Positions 25,867 to 36,872 of a stretch of 64,000 nt of DNA are shown in pieces. This stretch comes from an uncultured delta proteobacterium. GTDB lineage: Bacteria; Desulfobacterota; RBG-13-43-22. The position numbers and the translations under genes were made by a program. How positions within the stretch are numbered: the stretch's first letter is position 1; the number at the start of each line of letters is the position of its first letter. Under the pieces are notes generated by a model. That model worked only from the letters and a program-made list of their open reading frames with translations, was not told the DNA's origin and did no database searches. The stretch is from the NCBI GenBank assembly GCA_963746605.1, contig CAVVCH010000053.1:183465-247464 (forward strand), in the 5' to 3' direction.

Positions 25867-28290
25867 CTAACGCCTAATCAGCGGCAGGTAGATCCCGTTA
25901 CCAGTTAGCTTTTCCTCTACCGTGTAGGTCTCGCCACTGGTGTATGGCAGGCCGGCCAGCGGGTTCCCGGCCTGATCGGCAATGGTTGCGCTGGTGGGCA
26001 CATCCAGGCGGAGGGTGCCGTTTCCGCTGTCTCTGTTGACAGTCACAGTGTAGATTGTCGGGCCGCCACTGACGCCCGTGACAGATTCGCCACTGATAGC
26101 GCCGGTTTTGGTCAGGGCGAAATCGCCTGCAGCCACTCCTGTCACGGATTCGGAGAAGGTGACCGTGAAGTTCATGCTGGCGAGATTGGTCGGGCTGGGA
26201 TTGGCGCGGATGATGGAAGTGACGGTCGGCATGGTCGTGTCCACCACAACCGCGCGTGGGGAAGCGAAGACGGCGGAGACGTTGCCGACCGCGTCCTTTG
26301 CCCAAGGGTACAAGGTGTAGGAACCATCAGAAGCGACCGTATAGGTGGTGGGAGCGGTACCAGTCCAGCCGGCCACGCCAGCCGCCGGCGCCGTGGCGGA
26401 GGTGGTGATCAGGTAGCCGGTCACGCCGACAGTATCCGAAGCCGTGAAGGCGGTGATGGGGATGTTGAGACTGTTGGAGGGCGTGGTGACGGTAAAGGTG
26501 TTAACTGTCGGGGCAGTCGTGTCCACCACAACCGTGCGCGGGGAAGCGAAGACGGCGGAGACATGGCCGACTCGCGTCCTTTGCCCAGGGGTACAGGGTG
26601 TAGGAGCCATCAGAAGCGACCGTATAGGTGGTGGGAGCGGTGCCAGTCCAGCCGGCTGCGCCAGCCGTAGGTGCGGTGGCGAGGTGGTGATCAGGTAGCC
26701 GGTCACGCCGACAGTATCCGAAGCCGTGAAGGCGGTGATGGGGATGTTGAGACTGTTGGACGGCGTGGTGGCCGTGAAGGTGTTTACTGTCGGCGCAGTC
26801 GTGTCCACCACAACCGGGCGTGGGGAAGCGAAGACGGCGGAGACATTGCCGGCCGCGTCCTTTGCCCAGGGGTACAGGGTATAGGGGCCATCAGAAGCGA
26901 CCGTATAGGTGGTGGGAGCGGTGCCAGTCCAGCCGGCCGCGCCAGCCGCAGGTGCGGTGGCGGATGGTGGTGATCAGGTAGCCGGTCACGCCGACAGTAT
27001 CCGAAGCCGTGAAGGCGGTGATGGGGATGGTGAGACTGTTGGACGGCGTGGTGGCCGTGAAGGTGTTCACTGTGGGTGCGGCAAAATCATACATGCTCAA
27101 AGGCGCCGATGTCGCAGTGCGCGCCTTGCGGACGGGTGACGCCGCGCTGGTCGGTGGCCGGACAGGTGGCATCGTTGCCCGTGTCGATGGCGGATGAACC
27201 CGCCAGGAGCGGGATGGTCTGGGTGAAGCCGCCATAGTTGCCGAGCGTGCCGAGCAGGGGATCAGCGGTGATGATGTTCGTGCCTCCGGCATACCCACCC
27301 TGCACGACACTGTCGCTCACGACTGGGAGTACTGCTGTCAGTTGTAAATCTGCGCTCCGCCGGAAGCCGTATTGCCCCAGAAAATCGTGTTGCGGATCTG
27401 CGGATTGCTGCCGACTTCGTTGTACATCCCGCCGCCGGTGCTGTGTTGCCGAGTTGCCGCTGAAGGTGACGTTCGTCAACGTCGGACTGCTGGTATCAGT
27501 TGTACATCCCGCCGCCGTTAAGGTTGTCGCCGAGTTGCCGCTGAAGGTGACGTTCGTCAACGTCGGATTGCTGGTAGTATCGTTGTACATCCCGCCGCCG
27601 TCGTATCGCCGAGTTGCCGCTGAAGGTGACGTTCGTCAACGTCGGGCTGCTGCTGATCCAGTTGAACATCCCGCCGCCGTCGCTGCTCGCCGAGTTGCCG
27701 CTGAAGGTGACGTTCGTCAACGTCGGACTGCTGCTGTATACGTTGTACATCCCGCCGCCGTAGTGTCGGCCGAGTTGCCGCTGAAGGTGAGGTTCGTCAA
27801 CGTCGGGCTGCTGGAATCGTTGTACATCCCGCCGCCGCTATCGTTGGGATACAGCGCCATTGGCATTGCCCGCCGTGATGGTGAAGCCATCCAGGGTTGC
27901 GCCGGTTGCGCCGGTGACCACGTGATAACTGTTGGTGGTATTGCCGGTCACGGTAGTGAGGTCGGTAATGATCGGCGTCTGGCTGTCGTTATTGTCAATG
28001 TCGCCGCTCAGGATGGTGACGTTGGCCGCAGGGTTGCGCTGGTTGCGCGCCGTCTCCGTCCCGGCGAAACCGCCGTAGACCGCCACGCCGTTCTTGAGTT
28101 GGAAGGTGGCGCTGCGGTCTGTTCCCGCGTGGTCGGCTTGTACGTCCCGGCCGCGACCCAGATCTCGTCGCCGCTGACGGCGCCGGTCAGCGCAGTTTGC
28201 AACGTGCAGGCATTCGCCCAACTTTGACAATTGCCCGCTGCCGCTGGCCGCCGGTTTGACATAGTAAGAATGCGTGTCATGCATATTCAT
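25867..28290 (-). CDS. large secreted repeat protein B: choice-of-anchor-Q / right-handed beta-helix region plus 4 C-terminal Ig-like tandem repeats. Fragmented across at least 4 frames.
   Basis: [30 protein letters not shown], then [20 protein letters not shown]..., repeated [21 protein letters not shown] units, [52 protein letters not shown], then about 90-aa repeats (VVDTTAPTVNTFTATTPSNSLNIPITAFTASDTVGVTGYLITT). Frame breaks fall in the repeat DNA. Confidence 0.5.
26215..27085. repeat. tandem array of about 270-bp coding repeats (about 3.2 copies, over 90% identical)
   Basis: Repeated unit GAAGCGACCGTATAGGTGGTGGGAGCGGT...GTGTCCACCACAACCG read directly from the sequence. It encodes the Ig-like repeats. 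Confidence 0.7.
27420..27840. repeat. tandem 60-66-bp coding repeats (GCCGAGTTGCCGCTGAAGGTGACGTTCGTCAACGTCGGACTGCTG...)
   Basis: At least 6 consecutive copies. Encodes the [12 protein letters not shown] beta-helix rungs. A second array lies at 28633-29010. Confidence 0.65.
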
Positions 28291-29596
28291 ACGCGCCGAT
28301 GTCGCAGTGCGCGCCTTGCGGACGGGTCACGCCGCGCTGGTCGGTGGCCGGACAGACAGCATCATTCCCCGTATCGATGGCGGATGAACCCGCCAGGAGC
28401 GGGATGGTCTGGGTGAAGCCGCCGTAATTGCCGAGCGCGCCGAGCAGGGGATCGGCGGTGATGATGTTCGTGCACGTGCTCCGCGGATACCCACCCTGCA
28501 CGACACTGTCGCTCACACTGGGAGCACTGACTGTCAATTGTAAATCTGCGCTCCGCCGTGGGAGCCGTATTGCCCCAGAAAATCGTGTTGCGGATCTGTC
28601 GGACTGCTGTACTGGTTGTACATCCCGCCGCCGCTAGTAGTCTGCCGAGTTGCCGCTGAAGGTGACGTTCGTCAACGTCGGACTGCTGGCATAGTTGTAA
28701 CATCCCGCCGCCGTCGCGTTGCGCCGAGTTGCCGCTGAAGGTGACGTTCGTCAACGTCGGACTGCTGCCGGATTGTTGTACATCCCGCCGCCGGTAGTGT
28801 CGCCGAGTTGCCGCTGAAGGTGACGTTCGTCAACGTCGGACTGCTGGAATCGTTGTACATCCCGCCGCCGTACCGGTCTGCCGAGTTGCCGCTGAAGGTG
28901 ACGTTCGTCAACGTCGGGCTGCTGCTGCATCGTTGTACATCCCGCCGCCGCCGATATGTCGCCGAGTTGCCGCTGAAGGTGACGTTCGTCAACGTCGGAC
29001 TGCTGTTGCAGGTTGTACATCCCGCCGCCGCAACCGTCGGGATCGACCGCCATTGGCATTGCCCGCCGTGATGGTGAAGCCATCCAGGGTCGCGCCGGTC
29101 GCGCCGGTGACCACGTGATAACTGTTGGTGTCATTGCCGGTCACGGTGGTGAGGTCGGTAATGATCGGCGTCTGGCTGTCGTTATTGTCAATGTCGCCGC
29201 TCAGGATGGTGAGATTGGCCGCGGGGTTGCGCTGGCTGCGCGCCGTCTCCGTCCCGGCGAATCCGCCGTAGAGCGCCACGCCGTTCTTGAGTTGGAAGGT
29301 GGCGGTGCGGTCTGGTCCCCGTGGTCGGCTTGTACGTCCCGGCCGCGACCCAGATCTCGTCGCCGGGGAAGCGCCGTCAGCGCGGATTGCAGGTCGTATA
29401 GGCATTCGTCCAAGATGTGCCAGCGATCGCGGTTCCGCTGGCATTCGACTTGACGTAGCATTCCCGCGGCGTGCGCAACCTGAAGCGGTGTGACTGCCAG
29501 CATAAAGACAACAACGAACAAAACAGAGAAAATGCGGGAAATTGACTTTTTAGCAAACATGAAAACCCTCCAGGGGAAGTGAATTGGAATGCACAA
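28277..29596 (-). CDS. large secreted repeat protein A (paralogue of B): signal peptide plus choice-of-anchor-Q / beta-helix domain. Fragmented by frame breaks.
   Basis: Signal peptide [32 protein letters not shown] (ORF 29201-29596). [20 protein letters not shown]... in ORF 28989-29444. C-terminal ...[25 protein letters not shown] in ORF 28277-28537. Confidence 0.5.
28633..29010. repeat. second tandem 60-66-bp coding repeat array (same unit as 27420-27840)
   Basis: Repeated GCCGAGTTGCCGCTGAAGGTGACGTTCGTCAACGTCGGACTGCTG units. Confidence 0.6.
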
Positions 29597-29912
29597 ATCT
29601 TAATTCTATGTATCGGTAACTTGTTCTATGCTCTTAATAATTTCTTCTTGGACGCGGTGAATATAGAATAAACCCAATAGGGAGTCAAGGTGAATAAAGG
29701 ATATGTCTAAGGAAATTAAGTGGTTATATGCTGATCAGTCGGGTGAAAAAGCCGCCGGGCTGAGTAATTTGAGTCCAAGAGGAAGGAGGGCGGGGTTAAG
29801 GTCCCAAATGGTGACAAACCGCTTCGCCCAGACTAGGGTTTGGCTGAATACTCTAAATTCCCTCAAAAGATGGTCTTGGTCAAGCGCTGCCATTCGTTAT
29901 CCAGATTCTTCA

Positions 29913-30884
29913 TCAATCGTCTGAATGAGGTGGACCAACCGAACTGGCAGCCTCGGCAGAGGAAGCCGTCTTTTCCCCCCAGCCGCCGCCGTATAAATAG
30001 TCGAGCACCTTTTGGGCCCGAGGGCCGTTCCAAACCTCTATCAGGGATTTCTCTCGCACATTGCCCAAAGAAGTTCTTCGGCCCATATCTTCGCAACAAA
30101 GAACCACCTGGCCGTCGAAAGAAATGACCATATCCCTCAGGGGTTCCCCCTTTTTGCAACCTTTCAGCCAGGGACCGGGGTATTTGAGAGAAAGGCCTTC
30201 GGCGGCGGCTACCAGATTGGCCCGGGAATTGGGTATGCCGATGGCTACCGGCACCCCCTGGGCACGCCAATATTTCCTGACTTTATGGGCCTCGCCCTTG
30301 GGCCAATGAAAGGCATAGGCGCGGATATTGACTTTGGAATATTTGCGGGTCAGATAATCGATGTTGGCCAGGGTCTTCTCATAGGGCAGCCCCATAATAT
30401 CTTCATAGACGGATTTGGTGATTCCGTGAAAGCTGATATAGATGGGTCCGTCAAAACCGCTGTCCAGGAGACGATCGGTCTTCTCCGGCGTCAGCAGAGC
30501 GGCATTGGTTTGAAGAATCGCGGTCAGGCCGGCTTTCCGGACATAGGACAGTTTTTCAATGACCCGGGGATCGATGAGGGCTTCCCCCATGTTGCAGAAG
30601 ATGACGTGCCCGCGAACCGGGTTGTGGGCTTTAATGTCGGCGAATTCATCGATCAGGCGGTGGAAAAGGTCCTCTGCCATCCAGCCCATGGGTATTTTAT
30701 CTTTAACCTGGGGATAAGGACAAATGCGGCAGCGGGCGTTACAGTAAGAATGGATGTCGATAATCAGATTCTGAGGGTAAGGAGTGCGCGCTGTTCTCCA
30801 ATTGAAAAAGGTCTCGGTCATGATTTCGGGGCTTGCCGGGTCAGTACCCGTATTCCCCGCTCTCGATCCTGGTGAGTCTCCCAT
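29913..30884 (-). CDS. radical SAM protein with SPASM/twitch-like C-terminal cysteine region
   Basis: CNARCRICPY (CxxxCxxC). C-terminal LCCEDMG...G cysteines. The start is probably the internal Met (MTETFF) near 30821. Confidence 0.8.
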   Translation of the reverse strand: MGDSPGSRAGNTGTDPASPEIMTETFFNWRTARTPYPQNLIIDIHSYCNARCRICPYPQVKDKIPMGWMAEDLFHRLIDEFADIKAHNPVRGHVIFCNMGEALIDPRVIEKLSYVRKAGLTAILQTNAALLTPEKTDRLLDSGFDGPIYISFHGITKSVYEDIMGLPYEKTLANIDYLTRKYSKVNIRAYAFHWPKGEAHKVRKYWRAQGVPVAIGIPNSRANLVAAAEGLSLKYPGPWLKGCKKGEPLRDMVISFDGQVVLCCEDMGRRTSLGNVREKSLIEVWNGPRAQKVLDYLYGGGWGEKTASSAEAASSVGPPHSDD

Positions 30885-31176
30885 TCTCGAAGGTCAAATA
30901 GAGCATAAAAGAAGTGGGGCCCCAATTGTAGGTCCACTCTTCGATTTCGACCGCTCCCAGGATATAACCCCAGGCCCTTCCTTCCTGCCGCTGGTCGGCC
31001 GTTGTGGGAGGACCGCATTTTCTTCGGACCTCCGAGACTCGGTCGTTGATTAAAATCAGGCTGCCGTCGGGACATCGAAATTGGTTGAAAGTAACGGCGG
31101 ACGAAACCGGTTCGGGTGGTTCAGCCACACCCCAACATAGCAATAGTAATATGATCACAGAAAAGCGTTTTTTCAC
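30841..31176 (-). CDS. small secreted protein (111 aa, 2 Cys), possibly DUF2845-like
   Basis: Signal peptide MKKRFSVIILLLLCWGVA. The DUF assignment is tentative. Confidence 0.55.
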   Translation of the reverse strand: MKKRFSVIILLLLCWGVAEPPEPVSSAVTFNQFRCPDGSLILINDRVSEVRRKCGPPTTADQRQEGRAWGYILGAVEIEEWTYNWGPTSFMLYLTFENGRLTRIESGEYGY

Positions 31177-31188
31177 AAGTCCTCCCGT

Positions 31189-32451
31189 CTAAGCCTCCAA
31201 CGTTTCCAGGTCCATCGTCCCGAACTGATTGGCCCAAGTCACTGAAGCCTGGAAGGCCTCTTTGACGGGACCTTCCTCGAGACCCAGCCGCCGGACCAGA
31301 GCGGCGGCTTCCTCCCAGCGTCCGTCCTCCAATAACTCCGCCAGCAGGAGGAGCGGGAGATACTCATTATTTTCCTCCCGCTTCAGGGCCGACTTCAACT
31401 TGTCTTCCAGGGGCAGGTACTGGAGGGTCTCGGCCATGGGCAGTCCCAGCATGACGTCGAGAAGCGAGAAGAGCCCGAGCAGTTGGAGACTGTCCGGATC
31501 AAACCCCCAATAGTCAAAGGTCGTTCCGATCTGCTCCAGAAAGCGTCCCCGCTGGGCCGAGAGGTACACCAACTCCGGTGAATTCAGACCGTGGGCCAGG
31601 TCATTGATCAAGGCCACGCGCAGCCAGTTCCGGGTCTTCTGCCAGCCCAGGAGGGTGACCGCCTGTCGGATCGATTTGATCTTTTGCCGAAAACCGAAGG
31701 CGGCCGAATTGAGCAAGGCCAACAGGCGGTAGCTGATCGAGGCATCGGACTGGATGACCTCGGCCACTTTGAAGAAGTCGGGGTCTTTCTGCTCGATAAG
31801 CTGAAAGAGACGCAGCCGGGCGATTTCGTTCGAGCTGATCCGCCGGACAGGAACATCCTCGGGCGATTTGAAGTAGCTCCCCTGAAACAGATCGAAACCG
31901 AGGGTGGCGCAAGCTCCCAGCCGAGAGCGATCCGCCACACCGGTGGCCAGCAGTTTCGCCGGAAAATTCCGGGCCGCCTTCACCAGCCGGGTCAGTTCGG
32001 AGATCTCCAGCCCGGCCGAAAGCCCCAAGATATCGCCCATTTGATACAGGGATTCCAATGTGGCTTCACCTGAAAAATCTCCCACCACCAGCAGGTACCC
32101 CTCGGTTTTCAATTGCACCAGGGTTTCCATCAGGTCCGGATGGGCGCCGAGCCGCTCCGGAACCTTCAAGGCCGCGAGCGAGGGCTGAAAGGTATACGGG
32201 AGATTCTCCAGCAACGTCCGATCGTTGAGCCCGACCACGATCCGTTTTCCCCGCTCGGATACCTGCTGCAGGCCCACGTAGGAGCCGGAGGCCATGGAGG
32301 AGAGCGACGGCTCCTCGGCCGTCGGAGTAGGGCTCAAGCCGCCCTGGTTGGAAACACAGAAAATTTCATAGCCCCAGAGGATCTGTCGGGCATCGAAGAT
32401 CGGGTGTCGGGCCAGGGCCCAGTCACTGGCTTTTAGGTCGTTCTGATCCAT
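31189..32451 (-). CDS. EAL-like plus HDOD domain signalling protein
   Basis: N-terminal degenerate EAL-type segment (ILWGYEIF). C-terminal HDOD-like region (AVTLLGWQKTRNWL...). 420 aa. Confidence 0.75.
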   Translation of the reverse strand: MDQNDLKASDWALARHPIFDARQILWGYEIFCVSNQGGLSPTPTAEEPSLSSMASGSYVGLQQVSERGKRIVVGLNDRTLLENLPYTFQPSLAALKVPERLGAHPDLMETLVQLKTEGYLLVVGDFSGEATLESLYQMGDILGLSAGLEISELTRLVKAARNFPAKLLATGVADRSRLGACATLGFDLFQGSYFKSPEDVPVRRISSNEIARLRLFQLIEQKDPDFFKVAEVIQSDASISYRLLALLNSAAFGFRQKIKSIRQAVTLLGWQKTRNWLRVALINDLAHGLNSPELVYLSAQRGRFLEQIGTTFDYWGFDPDSLQLLGLFSLLDVMLGLPMAETLQYLPLEDKLKSALKREENNEYLPLLLLAELLEDGRWEEAAALVRRLGLEEGPVKEAFQASVTWANQFGTMDLETLEA

Positions 32452-32482
32452 ATTCGTATTCCTTTAGATCTAGCCAAAAAAA

Positions 32483-35018
32483 TTAGATTTTTACATCCGT
32501 TGTCAAGGACAAATTCTCAGAACAATGGTTGTAAAAATCTAATTCCAGGGGATTTACGTTCCAAATCTTGCCGGCATATTCCAGGATGGAGCGGTCGCTG
32601 GAGAAGAGGCCGGTTCTCGCCGTGTTCAGGATGGAATGACGGGCCCATGCCTCGTGGTCGGCATACACCTTCCCGACCCGGTCCTGGGCTTCCAGATACG
32701 CGCGGAAGTCGGCCAGGACCAGGAAATAGTCTCCCTGGTCCAGGAGGGCCTGCACCAGGGGACGGAACAGGCCGGGCTCTTCAGGCGAGAAAAACCCCTC
32801 TCCGATAAGATCCAGCGTTCCCTTAAGCTCCGGGTCCGCCGCGACCACCGCCCGGGGAGCATAGCCCCCGGAACGGAGGGCGCCGACTTCTTCGGCGTTC
32901 AAGCCGAAAATAAAAATGTGGTCCCGGCCGACTTCCTCCATGATCTCGATGTTCGCGCCGTCCAGGGTGCCGATGGTTAAGGCCCCGTTGAGGGCAAACT
33001 TCATGTTGCCCGTCCCGGAAGCCTCCATCCCGGCGGTGGAGATCTGTTCGGAGAGATCGGCCGCCGGGATTACCTTCTCCGCCTGGGAGATGCAGTAGTT
33101 CGGCAGGAAGATGACCCGCAGCCGTCCCCGGATATCCGGATCGTTGTTGATTACCTGGGCCACGGCATTGACCAGTTTGATGGAGAGTTTGGCCTGGTAA
33201 TAAGCGGGCGCGGCTTTGCCGCCGATGAAGATGGTTCGGGAGGGGGCGGAATAATCGGGATCCGATTTGATCCGGCGATAGAGCGCGACGATGTGGAGGA
33301 TATTCAGGAACTGCCGTTTGTATTCGTGGATCCGTTTGACCTGCACATCGAAAAGGGTATCCGGATTCACCCCCAGACCGATCTTGCGGAGCACGTACCG
33401 GGCCAGGCGCTTCTTATTCTCCCTTTTGGTCTCTTGCCAGACTTTCCGGAATTCGGGGTCCTCCGCCAGGGGTTCGAGTCGGCGTAACTGTTGCAAATCC
33501 TTCACCCACTCCGGGCCGATGGCCGAGGTGATCAACCTGGTCAGGGCCGGATTGGCCTGGACCAGCCAGCGTCGAGGCGTGACCCCGTTGGTCACGTTCC
33601 GGATGCGGCCCGGGAAGATCCGATCGAAGTCTCGAAAGAGCTGTTCCCGGAGAATCCGGGAGTGCAGTTTGGCCACGCCGTTCACGGCATGTCCTCCCAC
33701 CACGGCCAGGTGGGCCATGCGGACCCGACCGCACCGGCCCTTCCTGGATCAGGGAGACCCGGGCCGGCAGCTCCGGATCCTGGGGGTGTTCGGTTCTGAC
33801 CCCATCCAGAAAACGCCGATTGATCTCGTAGATGATCTCCAGGTGACGGGGCAGCAGCCGCCCCAGTACGTCCACCGGCCAGGTTTCCAGGGCTTCGGGC
33901 AAAACCGTGTGGTTGGTATAGGCAAAGGTGTGCCGGCAAATGGACCAGGCGTCATCCCAGCCCAGCCCCTCTTCGTCCATCAGTTGCCGCATCAATTCGG
34001 GGATGGCGATGGTGGGATGGGTATCGTTCAGTTGAATGGCCACGGCCTCCGGAAAGCCGGACCATTCCCGGTGTTGTTTTTTGAACTTCCGGAGAATATC
34101 CTGAATCGTGGCCGAGACAAAGAAATACTGCTGCTTCAGCCGCAGCTCCCGGCCCTGGGCGATTTCGTCGCTGGGATAGAGAACTTTGGAAATGTTCTCA
34201 CTCAACACTTTGGCTTCGACGGCGCCCACGTAGTCACCCTGGTTAAACTCCTGGAGGTTGAATTCCCGGCTTGATTTAGCCACCCAGAGGCGCATATTGG
34301 TGACATACTCCCCCCCGTAGCCCGGCACCAGGATGTCTGAGGCCATGGCCAGAACCGATTCGGTATCCACCCAGCGGTGGCGCAGGCGGCCCTGGGCATC
34401 GTGGTAAGGCTCCGAGCGCCCGTAATAATGAACGGGATACAGCACCTCCGGCCGCTGGATTTCCCAGGGGGTGCCTTCGCGCATCCAATTGTCGGATTGC
34501 TCGTGCTGGTACCCGTTGACGATATGCTGGTAGAAAATGCCGTAATCGTACCGGATTCCGTAGCCGTAGGCCGGGAGCTGCAGGGTGGCCATGGAATCCA
34601 GAAAGCAGGAGGCCAGTCGGCCGAGGCCGCCGTTTCCCAGACCCGCGTCCCATTCCTCCTCCTCGATGTCCTCCAAGTCGTAGCCCAGACTGTGCAGGGC
34701 CTCCTGGGCCTCTTCTTCGATGCGGAGACTGGAGAGGTAGTTCCGTAGAAACCGGCCGGGGAGAAACTCCAGGGACAAGTAGTACACCCGCTTGGCCAGC
34801 AGTTCGTAGCAGGCCCGTTGGGTTCTCAGCCAGCGTTCGACCAGCCGGTCCCGCACGGCGGAGCAGAGTCCCAGGAAAACCTGACGGCGGTCCGCCAGAT
34901 CCGGATCATTGCCTTGGGTGAACTGGATGTGTCTATGGATATCTATCCGGATCCGGTTTTGAGCCAGCGAATCGCTCACGGGAATCCCTCCATTCGTAGG
35001 TGTCGTCTCGGACGACAA
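32483..35018 (-). CDS. glgP: glycogen phosphorylase (GT35, long form), apparent frameshift near 33720-33745
   Basis: N-terminal half (ORF 33414-35018: LSLEFLPGR, GLGNGGLGRLA) and C-terminal half (ORF 32483-33718: MAHLAVVGGHAVNGVA, EASGTGNMKFALNG). The join is at ...IQEG / RMAHLAVV... Confidence 0.85.
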
Positions 35019-35315
35019 GACGAAAATGAGGATCGTTTATTTGATCTGGCTATATATACCAGAATCGGATAAAAATAAGAATGGTTATGTCAGGACTAAA
35101 GAAGATCCGGCCGATTCCACGAGCCCGAGGTGTCCGATGAAATTCTGTTCCTTCCTGTGCCCCCAGGCCGATAACGAAAAAGCCCAGCACGCCGGCTGTC
35201 TGGCGGTGAACGGCGTATTTTGCAGGAACCTGCTTCGGGTGGTTGAAAAAGGGTCGCCCTGCCCGGCCGAAGACCGTCAGGCCCCTAAAAGAAAGAAGAA
35301 AAGAGAAGTAAATGT

Positions 35316-36260
35316 TTATTCGAAACACCGGCTGTATCTGTCGTTGAATTCCTCGGGACTGAACCGGTAGTCCTGGGTGCCGTAACACTCCACCGCGAAG
35401 GAAGCGCAGACGCTGCCCCAGCGGGCGGACTGCTCGAGGGTTCGGCCTTGGACCAGACCGCTGATCAACCCGCCCCGAAAGGAATCGCCGGCGCCGGTAG
35501 GGTCTTCCACCTTCCGGGGAGAAACCGCCGGGATATGCAGGCAGTCTTCCCCGGTACTAATTCTTGAACCGTGCTCTCCCAGGGTGGTTATAATAACCCG
35601 GGCCCGCTTCAGCAGGGCCTCCTGGTCCAACCCCGTCTTGGCCATGATCAAATCCAATTCATAATCATTGGAAATCAGGATCCGGCAGCCGTCTATGGCC
35701 CGGACCAGGGCTTCGGCCTCCAGCATGGGAAGTGATTGTCCCGGATCAAAGATATAGTCGATCCCCAAGGCCTGGCAGCGGCCGGGATACTGCATCATGT
35801 CCTCCAAATTGCCGGGAGAGATGATCATCATGGTCTTCGCGGGGTTGAGTCGGTCGAAATCGAGCGCGGAAGAATATTTCATGGCCCCGGGATTGAACCC
35901 GGTAATCTGGTTGTCGGCCCGATCGGTGGTGATATAGGCGCCGGCCGTGAATTCCTCCTCGATGATTTTGGTGTATTCGGTGGACAGTCCGATCTTGCCC
36001 AGCCATTCAAAGTAGCGGTGATAGTCATGGCCGATGGCCGCGGAGATGATGGGCTTTTCCCCCATCAGGGTGAGGGCATAGGCAATATTCCCTGCCGTGC
36101 CGCCGAATTTTTCCTTCAGCCCGTTTACCTGGAAGCAGACGTTTAAAATATGGATCTTCTCGGGAAGGATATGCTCCGAAAAGTATCCCGGGAAATCCAT
36201 AATCCTGTCGTAAGCCAGTGACCCGGCAACAATAATGTTCATTTTCCTGAACCTTTCCAA
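35316..36260 (-). CDS. PfkB-family carbohydrate/nucleoside kinase
   Basis: GG motif (FGGTAGN). C-terminal DPTGAGDSF anion-hole motif. Confidence 0.85.
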   Translation of the reverse strand: MERFRKMNIIVAGSLAYDRIMDFPGYFSEHILPEKIHILNVCFQVNGLKEKFGGTAGNIAYALTLMGEKPIISAAIGHDYHRYFEWLGKIGLSTEYTKIIEEEFTAGAYITTDRADNQITGFNPGAMKYSSALDFDRLNPAKTMMIISPGNLEDMMQYPGRCQALGIDYIFDPGQSLPMLEAEALVRAIDGCRILISNDYELDLIMAKTGLDQEALLKRARVIITTLGEHGSRISTGEDCLHIPAVSPRKVEDPTGAGDSFRGGLISGLVQGRTLEQSARWGSVCASFAVECYGTQDYRFSPEEFNDRYSRCFE

Positions 36261-36431
36261 GGCGATGGTCTTTCAACGGGCAAAATTGTTACAATAAATC
36301 AGGCTTAAATGTCAAGCAGGAAAAGGAGGCGCGGCATCGTCGTGGGCGAGACACCCTCAATCCACTGCTTGAAGAAAGCCGTTTCCCATGGTAAAAGAAA
36401 TTAAAAACCGCAGCGGAGTGGAGGGTCCTGC

Positions 36432-36872
36432 ATGAATGTTGATACCCATTACCGATCGCTGGAAAAAATGTATCTGTCAGCACCGATCAACGCCTTCTTT
36501 AAGCCCAAAATAGCGATCTCCCGGGAATACGCGGAAATAGAAGTTTCGATAAAGACGGCCTGGCACCATGGTGCCCAAGCCGTCCATGGAGCGGTCTATT
36601 TTAAAATGCTGGATGACGCGGCTTATTTCGCCGCCCATTCCATTGAAAGAGAATTTTTTGTATTGACAGCCGCTTTCACCACGTATTTGATCCGGCCCGT
36701 TTCAAAAGGGCTGATGAAATCGGTCGGCCGGGTGGTGAACCAGGGCAAAACGCAAATATTAGCCGATTCGGTGGTGTATGACGGCCAGGGAAGAGAGATC
36801 GGCCGGGGTAATGGGCTATTCGTTCGTGGGAAAAATCGCTTATCCGAAGTCGGGGGGTATGGCGATGGATAA
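36432..36872 (+). CDS. PaaI-family hotdog-fold thioesterase
   Basis: HGGAVYFKMLDDAAYFAAHS pattern typical of PaaI/YbgC-like thioesterases. 146 aa. Confidence 0.7.
   Translation: MNVDTHYRSLEKMYLSAPINAFFKPKIAISREYAEIEVSIKTAWHHGAQAVHGAVYFKMLDDAAYFAAHSIEREFFVLTAAFTTYLIRPVSKGLMKSVGRVVNQGKTQILADSVVYDGQGREIGRGNGLFVRGKNRLSEVGGYGDG

Noticed and set aside
26215-27085. Regular about 270-bp direct repeats that might be mistaken for a CRISPR-like array
   Set aside because: The repeats are contiguous coding units for the Ig-like domains. There are no unique spacers and no short palindromic repeat structure.
35160-35190. TGGCGG...TTTGCA, a possible sigma54 (-24/-12) promoter
   Set aside because: The GG-N10-GC spacing is not satisfied, and the orientation points antisense to the adjacent genes.
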